From: Acidobacteriota bacterium
GTDB lineage: Bacteria > Acidobacteriota > Terriglobia > 20CM-2-55-15
NCBI GenBank assembly: GCA_022821145.1
Contig: JAJEEE010000010.1
Coordinates: 10,015 to 74,014 of the forward strand
DNA length: 64,000 bases
Direction of reading: 5' to 3'
The translations under genes were made by a program, and so were the position numbers. Of the stretch, positions 1-9,375 are shown in pieces (the first letter of the stretch is position 1; each line of letters opens with the position of its first letter). The notes below the pieces were generated by a model. It saw nothing but the letters and a program-made list of their open reading frames with translations. It was not told the DNA's origin and did not search any database.

Positions 1-1
1 C

Positions 2-2116
2 CTCCACTATGACGCCCCTTTCCTCCAGGTGCCTCGCGTCGATCGTTGCACCACGTGCCACCTGGGCATCAACGATGCGGCGAAGGACGAATGGCAGCAG
101 CCGTTCACCGCGCACCCGCGGCTGGACGTCTTCGTCGGCGCCGATTCCCCGCACCCGATGGACGGCTTCGGCTGCACGACCTGCCACGCGGGCCTGGACC
201 GGGCCGTCGAATTCTCGCGCGCCGGACACGTGCCGGATAACGCGGAGCAGCAGGCCGCGTGGGAGGACCAGTACGGCTGGTACCTGGATCATTTTCTCGA
301 AACGCCCATGCTGCCGATGGACCGGATCGAGGCCAGTTGCCTGAAGTGCCACACCGGCGCCGGCGACGTTCCCGAGGCGCCCGCGCTGAACATGGGCCGC
401 GACCTGATCCGGACCTACGGCTGCTTCGGCTGCCACAACATGCCCGGATACGAAGAGGTGCGGCGGGTAGGGCCCGACCTGACGACCATCGGCGGCAAGC
501 TCGACCCGGAATGGGTGAAGAAGTGGCTGGCCGACCCGCGTGCGTTCAAGTCGGAAGCGCGGATGCCCAAGTTCTGGTTCAACTCCAACAACGGCGGACC
601 GGAGTTCGAGGCGCGAAACAACGCGGAGATCACGGCGATCACCGAGTACCTCTTCTCGCGATCGCAGGACGACCCGCTGCCGGCGGCGGCGCCCGCCGGC
701 GGAGACGTGGGCCGTGGACAGGCGCTGGTGGAATCCGTCGGTTGCCTGGGCTGCCACGCCGTCGGGCCGATTCCCGACGATCCCGCCCGGACTCAGCACC
801 GCCGCCGGTTCGGCTACAACCTTGCGAGCCAGGGCAGCAAGACCTCCGCCGACTGGTTGTACAACTGGGTCCGCGACCCGCGCGCCGTCTGGCACGACAC
901 CAACATGCCCGACATGAGGCTGACCGACGCCGAGGCGGCCGACGTAGCCGCGTACCTGGTGTCGCTGACCAACCCGGAGTGGGAGGCGGAGGCGTTCCCG
1001 GAACTGGACGAAGCGGCCCTGGACGAGGTCACGCTCGAGTTTCTGAGAACCGGCTCGACCGGTATCCAGGCCCAGGAAGCGCTGGCCGAGATGACGCTCG
1101 AAGAGAAGATCATGACGACCGGCGAGGGACTCGTCGCCCGCTACGGGTGCTTCGGCTGCCACGTGATCGAGGGCTTCGAGACCGCGCAACCCATCGGGAC
1201 GGAGCTGACGCAGCCGGGAAGCAAGCTGCTCAACCAGTTCGATTTCGGATTCCTGGACATCGAGCACACGCGGACCGAATGGTACGCGGCCAAGATGGCG
1301 GATCCCCGGATCTTCGACGTCGACCGTGTCAAGCGTCCCGAGGAACTCCTGCGCATGCCGGATTTCGGGTTCGACGAGGAGCAGGTCGGCGCGATCGTGA
1401 TGATCCTGACCGGGCTGGTCAAGGACCAGGTCACCCCGGACATGCGCAACGACCTGACCGCGGATATCGAGGCCGGCCGGGGACTTGTCGCGCAACGCAA
1501 CTGCCGCGGCTGCCACGAAATCGAAGGCGCCGGCGGGGACATCCGGTCCACGATCGCGGATCAGGGACTCTGGCCGCCGTTGCTGAACACGCAGGGCGCC
1601 AAGACGCAGCCCATGTGGCTGCATTCGTTCCTTCAGGAACCCGGAGAGGAAACCTTGCGCCCGTGGTTGTCGGCGCGCATGCCGACGTTCTACCTGGACC
1701 AGGCGGAGGCGACCGTGCTCGGGAAGTACTTCTCGGCGATCGACAACGCGCCCTATCCGTTCATCGACACGGCGATCGCGACAACCGACGAGAGCCTGAC
1801 AGCCGGACGGGAGCTCTTCGAGCTGGCGCAGTGCAATCTGTGCCATCCGGCGGGAGACCAGATGCCCGACCGCGACGCCGCGGATCTGGCGCCGGACCTG
1901 GGCCTGGCCGCAGAGCGGCTCCGGCCGGAATGGGTCGAGGACTGGATACTGGATCCGCAGGCCATAGCGCCGGGAACGCGGATGCCCGCGTTCTACATCG
2001 ACGGCGTGTCGCAGTTGCCCGGCATACTGGACGGCGATACGCCCGGGCAGCTCGAGGCCTTTCGCGACCACCTGTTCCTGACGATCGGGAACGGGGAACG
2101 GGCCGAGGACAACTGA
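2..2116 (+). CDS. Multiheme cytochrome c (at least 8 CxxCH), 5'-truncated by window edge
   Basis: Frame is open from base 2 (LHYDAPFLQVPRVDRCTTCH). Motifs CTTCH x2, CLKCH, CFGCH, CLGCH, CFGCH, CRGCH, CNLCH; the last five are each followed by L..G.K...W...P...MP class I cytochrome c signatures. Confidence 0.9.
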   Translation, partial: LHYDAPFLQVPRVDRCTTCHLGINDAAKDEWQQPFTAHPRLDVFVGADSPHPMDGFGCTTCHAGLDRAVEFSRAGHVPDNAEQQAAWEDQYGWYLDHFLETPMLPMDRIEASCLKCHTGAGDVPEAPALNMGRDLIRTYGCFGCHNMPGYEEVRRVGPDLTTIGGKLDPEWVKKWLADPRAFKSEARMPKFWFNSNNGGPEFEARNNAEITAITEYLFSRSQDDPLPAAAPAGGDVGRGQALVESVGCLGCHAVGPIPDDPARTQHRRRFGYNLASQGSKTSADWLYNWVRDPRAVWHDTNMPDMRLTDAEAADVAAYLVSLTNPEWEAEAFPELDEAALDEVTLEFLRTGSTGIQAQEALAEMTLEEKIMTTGEGLVARYGCFGCHVIEGFETAQPIGTELTQPGSKLLNQFDFGFLDIEHTRTEWYAAKMADPRIFDVDRVKRPEELLRMPDFGFDEEQVGAIVMILTGLVKDQVTPDMRNDLTADIEAGRGLVAQRNCRGCHEIEGAGGDIRSTIADQGLWPPLLNTQGAKTQPMWLHSFLQEPGEETLRPWLSARMPTFYLDQAEATVLGKYFSAIDNAPYPFIDTAIATTDESLTAGRELFELAQCNLCHPAGDQMPDRDAADLAPDLGLAAERLRPEWVEDWILDPQAIAPGTRMPAFYIDGVSQLPGILDGDTPGQLEAFRDHLFLTIGNGERAEDN

Positions 2117-2179
2117 AGCCGGGAAAGCGGTCCGGAATGGAAACCAGTCAACCGCAGCTCTGATCAGGAGATCGACACG

Positions 2180-2971
2180 ATGAACAGCCAGAGAGCCCTT
2201 GGTCTCGCCCTTGCCCTGACGCTGGCCGCCGCGGGATGCGGCGGAGGGGGCGACGAATTCTCGCTTCCGGAGGGCGCCGGCTCGGGAGGCGCCGCGCCGA
2301 CCGGCCCAGCCTACGACCCGGCCACGGCCACCGCCAGCATCGCCGGCAGCATTCTGTTCGAGGGCGATGCGCCCGAGATGCCGCCCATCCAGATGTCGGC
2401 CGATCCCTACTGCCTGGACGCCGGCGCCGGCACGCGGGAAGAGGCAGTCATGGTCACCGATGACGCGAAGCTGCGGAACACGATGGTCTTCATCCGCTCG
2501 GGACATGACACCGGCCTGTTCTACGCCCCGCCCGCGGAACCCGTCGTGCTCGATCAGGAGGGTTGCCGTTATATCCCCCACGTCTTCACGATGATGATGA
2601 ATCAGGACATCACCTTCCGGAACAGCGACAACACGCTGCACAACATCCATGCGTTCCCGATGGTGAACATGCAGATCAACGTCGGCCAGGCGATTCAAGG
2701 GATGGAAACCACCGATTCGTTCACGATCGCCGAAGGCCCGTTCGCGATCCGCTGCGACGTGCACCGGTGGATGAACTCGTTCACGGCCGTGTTCGATCAC
2801 CCGTTCCACACCACGTCGGGCGACACGGGCGATTATGCGATCAACGTGCCACCGGGCGCCTATGAAGTCGTGGCGTGGCATGAGCGGTACGGCGAGATGA
2901 CCGGCAGCGTGACCGTAGCGGCCGGGGAGACCGCCGAGATGAGCTTCACGTACTCGGAACCGGCGGAGTAG
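2180..2971 (+). CDS. Lipoprotein with cupredoxin-like / carboxypeptidase-regulatory-like domains
   Basis: Lipobox LAAAGC; LDQEGCRYIPHV, LHNIH, CDVHRWM, WHERYG motifs; AGGAG RBS. Confidence 0.7.
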   Translation: MNSQRALGLALALTLAAAGCGGGGDEFSLPEGAGSGGAAPTGPAYDPATATASIAGSILFEGDAPEMPPIQMSADPYCLDAGAGTREEAVMVTDDAKLRNTMVFIRSGHDTGLFYAPPAEPVVLDQEGCRYIPHVFTMMMNQDITFRNSDNTLHNIHAFPMVNMQINVGQAIQGMETTDSFTIAEGPFAIRCDVHRWMNSFTAVFDHPFHTTSGDTGDYAINVPPGAYEVVAWHERYGEMTGSVTVAAGETAEMSFTYSEPAE

Positions 2972-2979
2972 CGGCGACC

Positions 2980-3927
2980 TTGGGCCCGGCGGCGCCAGCA
3001 GGGGACAACGTCGGGCTTCACCGGTTCGCCGTATTCACGGCGCTGGCCACCACGTTCCTGATCTTCGCGGGCGGTCTGGTCACGAGCACGGGCTCGGGCC
3101 TGGCCGTTCCCGACTGGCCGCTTTCCTACGGGATGTTCTTTCCGCCCATGGTCGGCGGCGTCTTCTATGAACACGGCCACCGCATGGTGGCGGCTTTCGT
3201 GGGACTCCTCACGTGCGTACTTGCGGTCTGGGCCGCGCTCCGGGAGGACCGGCGCTGGGTCCGTTGGCTCTCCATCGGCGCGTTGCTGGCCGTCATCTTC
3301 CAGGCGATACTGGGCGGGATCACGGTCCGCTACCTGCTGCCGACGCCGGTCTCGGTCAGCCACGCGATGCTGGCCCAGACCTTCTACTGCGCCGTCGTCG
3401 CGTTGGCGTTGTTCACGTCGCCGGACTGGAAGCGGGGCCTCCCCGTCGCCGGCGACCGGGCGGGCGCGCCGAGCCTGCCCTTCCTGTGCGCCATGACGAC
3501 CGGCGCCGTGTACCTGCAACTGCTCCTGGGCGCCCTGATGCGTCATACCGGGTCCGGGCTGGCGATTCCGGACTTTCCGCTGGCCTTCGGCCGTCTCGTG
3601 CCGGCCTTCGAGACGCCCAACGTCGCCATTCATTTCGCCCATCGCGTGGGGGCGCTTCTCGTAACCGGCATGATCGTCTGGACGTCGGTTCGCATCCTGT
3701 CCGGTTACCGCCGCCACGCGCGCCTGGTTCGTCCCGCGATCCTGATCGCAGGGCTCCTGACGGTCCAGTTGACGCTCGGGGCCTTCACGGTCTGGAGCGA
3801 GAAAGCCGTCATGATCACCACGTTCCACGTCGCCAACGGGGCCGTGATCCTCGCCGCCTCGGTCTTCCTGACGATCCGGTCCTTCGCGATGCTGCCCCCC
3901 GGCGGCGCCCGCCGGGGGACCGCCTGA
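2980..3927 (+). CDS. ctaA: Heme A synthase (COX15/CtaA family)
   Basis: About 8 TM; GLAVPDWP, EHGHR, H-x-AHR and FHVANG His ligands; adjacent to ctaB; start uncertain (TTG). Confidence 0.85.
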   Translation: MGPAAPAGDNVGLHRFAVFTALATTFLIFAGGLVTSTGSGLAVPDWPLSYGMFFPPMVGGVFYEHGHRMVAAFVGLLTCVLAVWAALREDRRWVRWLSIGALLAVIFQAILGGITVRYLLPTPVSVSHAMLAQTFYCAVVALALFTSPDWKRGLPVAGDRAGAPSLPFLCAMTTGAVYLQLLLGALMRHTGSGLAIPDFPLAFGRLVPAFETPNVAIHFAHRVGALLVTGMIVWTSVRILSGYRRHARLVRPAILIAGLLTVQLTLGAFTVWSEKAVMITTFHVANGAVILAASVFLTIRSFAMLPPGGARRGTA

Positions 3928-3933
3928 CCCGCC

Positions 3934-4830
3934 GTGAACGCGCGAACGCACCCGGCGGCCGTGCCCGCACGGTCCGGACGGATCGGCCGTTACCTGGAAC
4001 TCACCAAACCGCGTGTGACGTCTCTGGTCCTCGCCACGACGCTCGTCGGTTTCTACATGGCTTCGGACTCCGGCCTTCGGGACTGGGCGCTCCTGCACGC
4101 GATGCTCGGCACGGCCCTGGTCGCGGGCGGCGCCAGCGCGCTGAACCAGTACCTGGAACGGCACCACGACGCGCGGATGGCGCGGACACGCGGCCGTCCC
4201 CTGGCCCGCGAACGGCTCACCGAAAGCGAAGCGCTGGCATTCGCCCTGGCGATCTCGATCGGCGGGACGCTGTACCTGGCGTTGACGACCAACGTCGTGA
4301 CGGGGTTGCTGGCCGCCGCAACGCTGTCGCTGTACGTGTTCCTGTATACGCCGCTGAAGAAGCGGACGGCGCTGGCGACCCTCGTGGGCGCCGTGCCTGG
4401 AGCCGCGCCGCCTGTCCTGGGATGGACCGCGGCCGGCGCCGCGCTGGACGGAATGGCGCTGGCGCTGTTCATGATCGTGTTCCTTTGGCAGTTGCCGCAC
4501 TTTCTGGCCATCGCGTGGATCTACGACGCCGACTACCTGAAGGGAGGCTTTCGCCCCCTGACCATCACACACAGCGGCGAGGCGGGCGCGTCCCGCCAGA
4601 TCATCCTGTATTGCGCGACGCTGGTTCCGATCAGCCTCCTGCCCACGACGCTGGCCGTCACCGGGCGCGCCTACATGTTCGGCGCCCTGGTCTGCGGGTT
4701 GACGTACCTGGGTTATGGCGCCGCGGTCGCCCTGTTCCGCACGTCCGCGGCCGCGAAGCGCCTGCTTCGCGTTTCGGTGATCTATCTGCCGGTGCTGTTC
4801 GCGCTGATGGTCGCGGACAAGGCCTTCTGA
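3934..4830 (+). CDS. ctaB: Protoheme IX farnesyltransferase (heme O synthase)
   Basis: LTKPRV, N.YLERHHDARMARTRGRPL, YTPLKK, GAVPGA.PP, WQLPHF. Confidence 0.95.
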   Translation: MNARTHPAAVPARSGRIGRYLELTKPRVTSLVLATTLVGFYMASDSGLRDWALLHAMLGTALVAGGASALNQYLERHHDARMARTRGRPLARERLTESEALAFALAISIGGTLYLALTTNVVTGLLAAATLSLYVFLYTPLKKRTALATLVGAVPGAAPPVLGWTAAGAALDGMALALFMIVFLWQLPHFLAIAWIYDADYLKGGFRPLTITHSGEAGASRQIILYCATLVPISLLPTTLAVTGRAYMFGALVCGLTYLGYGAAVALFRTSAAAKRLLRVSVIYLPVLFALMVADKAF

Positions 4831-5753
4831 TGCCCGCCGTCGAAGTATCCCGCGTCCGGCATGCCTACGGCGGGCGCACGGCGCTCGACGACGTGTCCTT
4901 CCAGGTCGAGCCCGGGGAGATCTTCGCGCTGCTCGGACCGAACGGGGGCGGGAAGACGACGCTGTTCCGCATCCTCTCCACCCTGATGCCCCCCGACGCG
5001 GGATCGGTCCGGGTATTCGACGCCGACGTGCGGACCGAAGCCGCCCAAGTGCGGCGCAGCATCGGCGTGGTGTTCCAGAATCCCAGCCTGGACGGCAAGC
5101 TGACGGCCCGGGAGAACCTGTTGCATCAGGGACGCCTGTACGGCATGCGCGGGGCGGCTCTCCGGAGTCGAATCGACGAGATGATGGCGCAGATGGCCAT
5201 CGCCGGGCGCGCCGCCGATCGCGTCGAGACGCTTTCGGGCGGTCTCCAGCGCCGGGTCGAATTGGCCAAGGGACTGCTGCACGGCCCGCGCCTGTTGATC
5301 CTCGACGAACCCTCGGCGGGTCTCGATCCGGGGGCGCGCCTCGATCTCCGCCGGTATCTGACCCGGCTGCGAGACGAGCGCCGGGTGACGGTCCTCTGGA
5401 CGACGCACCTGATCGACGAAGCCGAGGACGCCGACCGGGTGTTGATCCTCGACCGGGGCCGCGTGGTCGCGATGGGCAGCCCGAACGCGCTCCGGGAAGA
5501 GATCGGAGGCGACGTCATCGCCCTGGCCACCGCGGACGCGCCCGGTCTGGGCGGACAGATCCGCGAGCGGTTCGGAATCGAGCCCATGATTCTCGACGGT
5601 TCGGTCCGCATCGAAAAGGAAGACGGCCATCGCTTCGTCGCCGCGCTGATCGAAGCGTTTCCGGGACGGATCGACTCGGTCACGCTGGCCAAGCCCACGC
5701 TCGAAGACGTGTTCATCGACCGGACGGGCCACCGGCTCTGGGAGGACCGATGA
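4830..5753 (+). CDS. ABC transporter ATP-binding protein (DrrA-like)
   Basis: ATG overlaps ctaB stop; GPNGGGKTT, LSGG, LILDEP, PTLEDVF. Confidence 0.9.
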   Translation: MPAVEVSRVRHAYGGRTALDDVSFQVEPGEIFALLGPNGGGKTTLFRILSTLMPPDAGSVRVFDADVRTEAAQVRRSIGVVFQNPSLDGKLTARENLLHQGRLYGMRGAALRSRIDEMMAQMAIAGRAADRVETLSGGLQRRVELAKGLLHGPRLLILDEPSAGLDPGARLDLRRYLTRLRDERRVTVLWTTHLIDEAEDADRVLILDRGRVVAMGSPNALREEIGGDVIALATADAPGLGGQIRERFGIEPMILDGSVRIEKEDGHRFVAALIEAFPGRIDSVTLAKPTLEDVFIDRTGHRLWEDR

Positions 5754-6526
5754 GCCTCGTCCTGGGCTCGGCGACGCTCTGGCAGCGGGAGCTGGTGCGT
5801 TTCTTCAGGCAACCCAGCCGCATCGCCGGCGCGCTCGGGACGCCGCTGGTCTTCTGGCTGCTCCTGGGTTCCGGTATCGGCCGTTCGTTCAGCCTCCCCA
5901 CGTCCGGCGGCGACATGTATTACATGGAGTACTTCTTTCCGGGCGTCGTGGTCATGATCGTGCTGTTCACGTCGATCTTTTCGACCATATCGATCATCGA
6001 GGACCGGCGAGAGGGCTTCCTGCAGGCCGTGCTGGTGGCCCCGACGCCCCGGGCCGCGATCGTGCTGGGAAAGATGGCCGGTTCCACCTCGCTGGCGCTG
6101 ATCCACGGCATGGCGTTGCTGATCCTGGCGCCGTGGGTCGCCGGCGCCTCTCCGGCGTCGATCCCGCGGATCGCCGCCGTCGTCGCCGTGATCGCGTTCG
6201 GCCTGACCGGGCTCGGTTACCAGATCGCGTGGCGCATGGAGTCGACCCAGGGATTCCACGCCATCATGAACCTGTTTCTGATCCCGATGTGGATGCTGTC
6301 CGGAGCGGTTTTTCCGCCCGGCGGCGCCCCGGACTGGCTACAATGGGTCATTCAACTCAACCCGCTGACCTACGGCGTGTCGGCGCTGCGCTGGAGCATC
6401 TACGGTACGCCCGACTATCTGGCGACGGGAGGCGCGAGCCCGGGCTTGGCGCTCATCGTGATCTCGGTCTTCGCCGGCGCGATGTTCATCGCCGGCCTGG
6501 CCGTCACTCGCAGCCGGTCGACGTGA
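5750..6526 (+). CDS. ABC-2 type permease
   Basis: 6 TM; DRREGFL, LSGAVFP, NPLTYGV; ATGA overlap with the ATPase. Confidence 0.9.
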   Translation: MSLVLGSATLWQRELVRFFRQPSRIAGALGTPLVFWLLLGSGIGRSFSLPTSGGDMYYMEYFFPGVVVMIVLFTSIFSTISIIEDRREGFLQAVLVAPTPRAAIVLGKMAGSTSLALIHGMALLILAPWVAGASPASIPRIAAVVAVIAFGLTGLGYQIAWRMESTQGFHAIMNLFLIPMWMLSGAVFPPGGAPDWLQWVIQLNPLTYGVSALRWSIYGTPDYLATGGASPGLALIVISVFAGAMFIAGLAVTRSRST

Positions 6527-6539
6527 ACGGGGAATCGTC

Positions 6540-7133
6540 ATGAGGCGCCCCAACTGGACCTCGCTGGCGGCCGTTGCCATCATGGCGTCGAGCCTGACGT
6601 TCGCCGTCATCCTGAACCGTGCGACCGAGGACCCCGCGCCCGGCTTCGGCAGCGTTCCCGACTTCGAGCTGGTCGAACGCGGCGGGCGCACCGTCACGCG
6701 AGCCGACTTCGACGGCCGCGTCTGGGTGGCGGACTTCATCTTCACGCGCTGCGCCGGGACCTGCCCGATGATGACGTATCAGATGGGGCAGTTGAACGAC
6801 GCCCTCCCCGGCGAGGTGGGCCTGGTTTCGTTCACCGTCGATCCCGCGCACGATACCCCGGAAACGCTCACGCGATACGCCGTTCAGCACGACGTGGAAG
6901 GGGACCGCTGGCTGTTCCTGACCGGCGCCCGCGACGCCCTGTACCGCCTCGCCCGCGAGGGTTTCCACCTGGCCGTCGACGACACCGTCGGCACGGCGTG
7001 GGAACCGATCACCCACAGCAGCCGCTTCGCCTTGATCGACACGGACGGCGTGATCCGGAACTACTACGACGGGACGTCGCTGGAAACCGTCGACCGGATC
7101 GTCGCCGACGTCGACGCGCTGCTCGCCGAGTAG
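6540..7133 (+). CDS. SCO1/SenC copper chaperone
   Basis: N-terminal TM, FTRCAGTCP (CxxxC), VDPAHDT, THSSRF His. Confidence 0.9.
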   Translation: MRRPNWTSLAAVAIMASSLTFAVILNRATEDPAPGFGSVPDFELVERGGRTVTRADFDGRVWVADFIFTRCAGTCPMMTYQMGQLNDALPGEVGLVSFTVDPAHDTPETLTRYAVQHDVEGDRWLFLTGARDALYRLAREGFHLAVDDTVGTAWEPITHSSRFALIDTDGVIRNYYDGTSLETVDRIVADVDALLAE

Positions 7134-7135
7134 TC

Positions 7136-7549
7136 GTGGACTACACCGACCTGCCGGGCCTGAACGCGATCCTCAACAGCGCCTCGGCCCTGCTGGCGTC
7201 CGCCGGCGTCTACTGCGTCAAGCACGGCAAGGTCGGCGCGCACAAGGCATTCATGCTCGCCGCGCTGGGAATGTCGGCGCTGTTCCTGACTTCGTACCTG
7301 GTCTATCACTACCAGGTCGGGTCGGTCCGATTCGAGGGAGAGGGACCGGTCCGCACCGTCTATCTCGGCATCCTGCTGACCCACACGGTCCTGGCCGCCG
7401 TGATCGTGCCCCTGGTTCTGCGGACGGTCTACCTGGCCTGGAGGGACCGCCTGGACGCGCACCGGCGCATCGCGCGGTGGACGTTCCCGATCTGGATCTA
7501 CGTCTCGGTGACGGGCGTGGTCGTCTACCTGATGCTGTACCAGCTTTGA
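7136..7549 (+). CDS. DUF420 membrane protein (oxidase assembly-associated)
   Basis: GTG start; LNAILN, AHKAFM, FLTSYLVYH, HRRIARWTFPIWIYVSVTGVVVY. Confidence 0.85.
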   Translation: MDYTDLPGLNAILNSASALLASAGVYCVKHGKVGAHKAFMLAALGMSALFLTSYLVYHYQVGSVRFEGEGPVRTVYLGILLTHTVLAAVIVPLVLRTVYLAWRDRLDAHRRIARWTFPIWIYVSVTGVVVYLMLYQL

Positions 7550-7580
7550 CAGGGCGGGCGACGGCCGGGCTTCGTCGAGC

Positions 7581-8030
7581 CTAACGGTCCTCTTCGGCGC
7601 ACGGCGCGATGAGTCCGTCATCGTGCGTGCACAACCGGAATGGCGTCACGGGAGTTCCGGGATCGCTTTCCCCACTGCCCGCGGGAGCGTTCTCCCCGGC
7701 GTCCGAACGGGTCCAACCAAAACGATCGGGAGCGAATTCGAGGTTCGATCCAACCGCGGCGCAGGACGGCGCCGGCGGCGCAACGCTGCGAATGGTCCCC
7801 GACGCCGGTGGCGGCGCGGACCTGAGCGCGAACGAGCGATCCCGGGGAATCGGAACACGCGGCATCTCGATCGCGCATGGTGTCCGCCGCGGGACCTCCG
7901 GCAACCGGCCTCCGAGTACGCCCGCGACGTCGATCTCGTAAACCCGGATTCGCGGTTCCGGCGATTCCTGGGCGACAGTCGTGCTCACGCCCGCCAGCAG
8001 CGCGATCATCGACAACGAGAAGAACCGCAT
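7581..8030 (-). CDS. Small secreted hypothetical protein (paralog of 8173-8634)
   Basis: Signal peptide ending VA-QESP; shares C..MPRVP..DR.F.LR..PP...GTIR motif with neighbour. Confidence 0.65.
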   Translation of the reverse strand: MRFFSLSMIALLAGVSTTVAQESPEPRIRVYEIDVAGVLGGRLPEVPRRTPCAIEMPRVPIPRDRSFALRSAPPPASGTIRSVAPPAPSCAAVGSNLEFAPDRFGWTRSDAGENAPAGSGESDPGTPVTPFRLCTHDDGLIAPCAEEDR

Positions 8031-8037
8031 GAGTGAA

Positions 8038-8067
8038 ACGCTACGTGGGAAATCGGCGGGTTGTCAA
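8038..8067 (-). promoter_or_regulatory. Sigma70-type promoter, leaderless configuration
   Basis: Minus strand TTGACA-N18-TAGCGT-N7-ATG. Confidence 0.6.
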
Positions 8068-8172
8068 ATCAATTGCGTCCGGCGCGCCCGGACCGCCGAT
8101 GCCGCCCCGGCCTATTCCCCGCCGGCGTGACGGGTTAGCCGAACGGCAGGAGCGGGCTGCGCGGCGTAGCGC

Positions 8173-8634
8173 CTATCGAGGATCGTCGGGTCCGGGATCG
8201 GGCGCGTCGTCCAATGGTGTCGTCTGCGACGCGGGTGTCCCGGGGATTTCCGCGCTGCCTTCCAACGGCAACTCGTCGAAGGGAAGCGCGGAGCGGGCAT
8301 AGCGGAGATATCGCCCGTCGGCGGCACAAGGCCCGAAGTACCGAATCGTACCGTTCGCCAACGGTGGCAGTATCCGAAGCGTGAACACGCGATCGTCGGG
8401 ACCCGGAACCCGCGGCATCGGCCCGGGGCATCCCCATTGGCTGGGAGGCTCCCTCAGCCGGTCGCGGAACGCGTCCGCCCAGCCCTCGTCCAGGAGCGTG
8501 AACACGTCCCGGGTCGCCAACGGCAGTGGCGCGAGCGCCGTTGGCGGTTCCTCGGTCGCCAACGGCGATTCCTGGGCGTCGGCCAAGCCCGACAACGCCG
8601 TGAGTGCGACGATCGAGAACAACGATGACCGCAT
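8173..8634 (-). CDS. Small secreted hypothetical protein (paralog of 7581-8030)
   Basis: MRSSLFSIVALTALSGLADA-QESP signal peptide; shared motif; start set by promoter homology. Confidence 0.65.
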   Translation of the reverse strand: MRSSLFSIVALTALSGLADAQESPLATEEPPTALAPLPLATRDVFTLLDEGWADAFRDRLREPPSQWGCPGPMPRVPGPDDRVFTLRILPPLANGTIRYFGPCAADGRYLRYARSALPFDELPLEGSAEIPGTPASQTTPLDDAPDPGPDDPR

Positions 8635-8641
8635 GATCACG

Positions 8642-8670
8642 AAAGTACGTGCGGGTCAACCGGATGTCAA
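8642..8670 (-). promoter_or_regulatory. Sigma70-type promoter, leaderless configuration
   Basis: Minus strand TTGACA-N17-TACTTT-N7-ATG; homologous to 8038-8067. Confidence 0.6.
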
Positions 8671-8865
8671 ACGCTAAACCGTCCCGCGCGATCGGACCGC
8701 CTACGCTGGGTTCTACAATCTTCCGCTGAGACACCTCCGGGTCGCGAGAAACGACCGAAGATCGAGCACCGCGTCGACACTCTGCAATAGAACCGATCGC
8801 GACGAGATCAACAGAACTGACGTTGCCAGCCGGGACAGTCGGTCGTCCGCCTCGATCGCCAATCT

Positions 8866-9342
8866 CTAATCGAATCGGAAAACCCGCTGACCCAGCGCGA
8901 CGGCATGCGGCCACCGCCCCTCCGGCAGGAATCTCCAGCCGTCTCCGACGCGCAGAAAGAACCAGCCCGGGTTTCGTTCCTCGCCCGTGCTCAACCGGAT
9001 ATCCAGCACCACGTATTGCAGCGTGTCGAAGACCTCGCTAGCTGCATGCACGATGCGAGTTGCCTCGGCTCCCGGGTAGTAGTTGCCAGCCATGAGTTCG
9101 GCGCCTTCCTCGATGGTTCCGAACGCTGGCTGGCGGCTCAATTTCTCGATCTCTTGGCTTGAGTAACTCCAGAGCGCGAACAGAGCCCAGCCAACGAGAA
9201 GGACTCCCACGGCGAGCGTTCTGTCTACGTGCTCGTCCGAAACCGTCGTTCTCCGCCGGCCGCCCCTCACGGTCGCGCGAGTGTTCCGAGACATGTTCGT
9301 GGCCTCGCTCCTTATCCAGTCAATCTCTAGACACAACGTCAT
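8866..9342 (-). CDS. Hypothetical single-TM protein
   Basis: One hydrophobic helix then a small soluble domain; start may be ATG at 9294. Confidence 0.5.
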   Translation of the reverse strand: MTLCLEIDWIRSEATNMSRNTRATVRGGRRRTTVSDEHVDRTLAVGVLLVGWALFALWSYSSQEIEKLSRQPAFGTIEEGAELMAGNYYPGAEATRIVHAASEVFDTLQYVVLDIRLSTGEERNPGWFFLRVGDGWRFLPEGRWPHAVALGQRVFRFD

Positions 9343-9375
9343 CTTCGCGCGACACGAGTCGAAAGTTCGTCTTTT

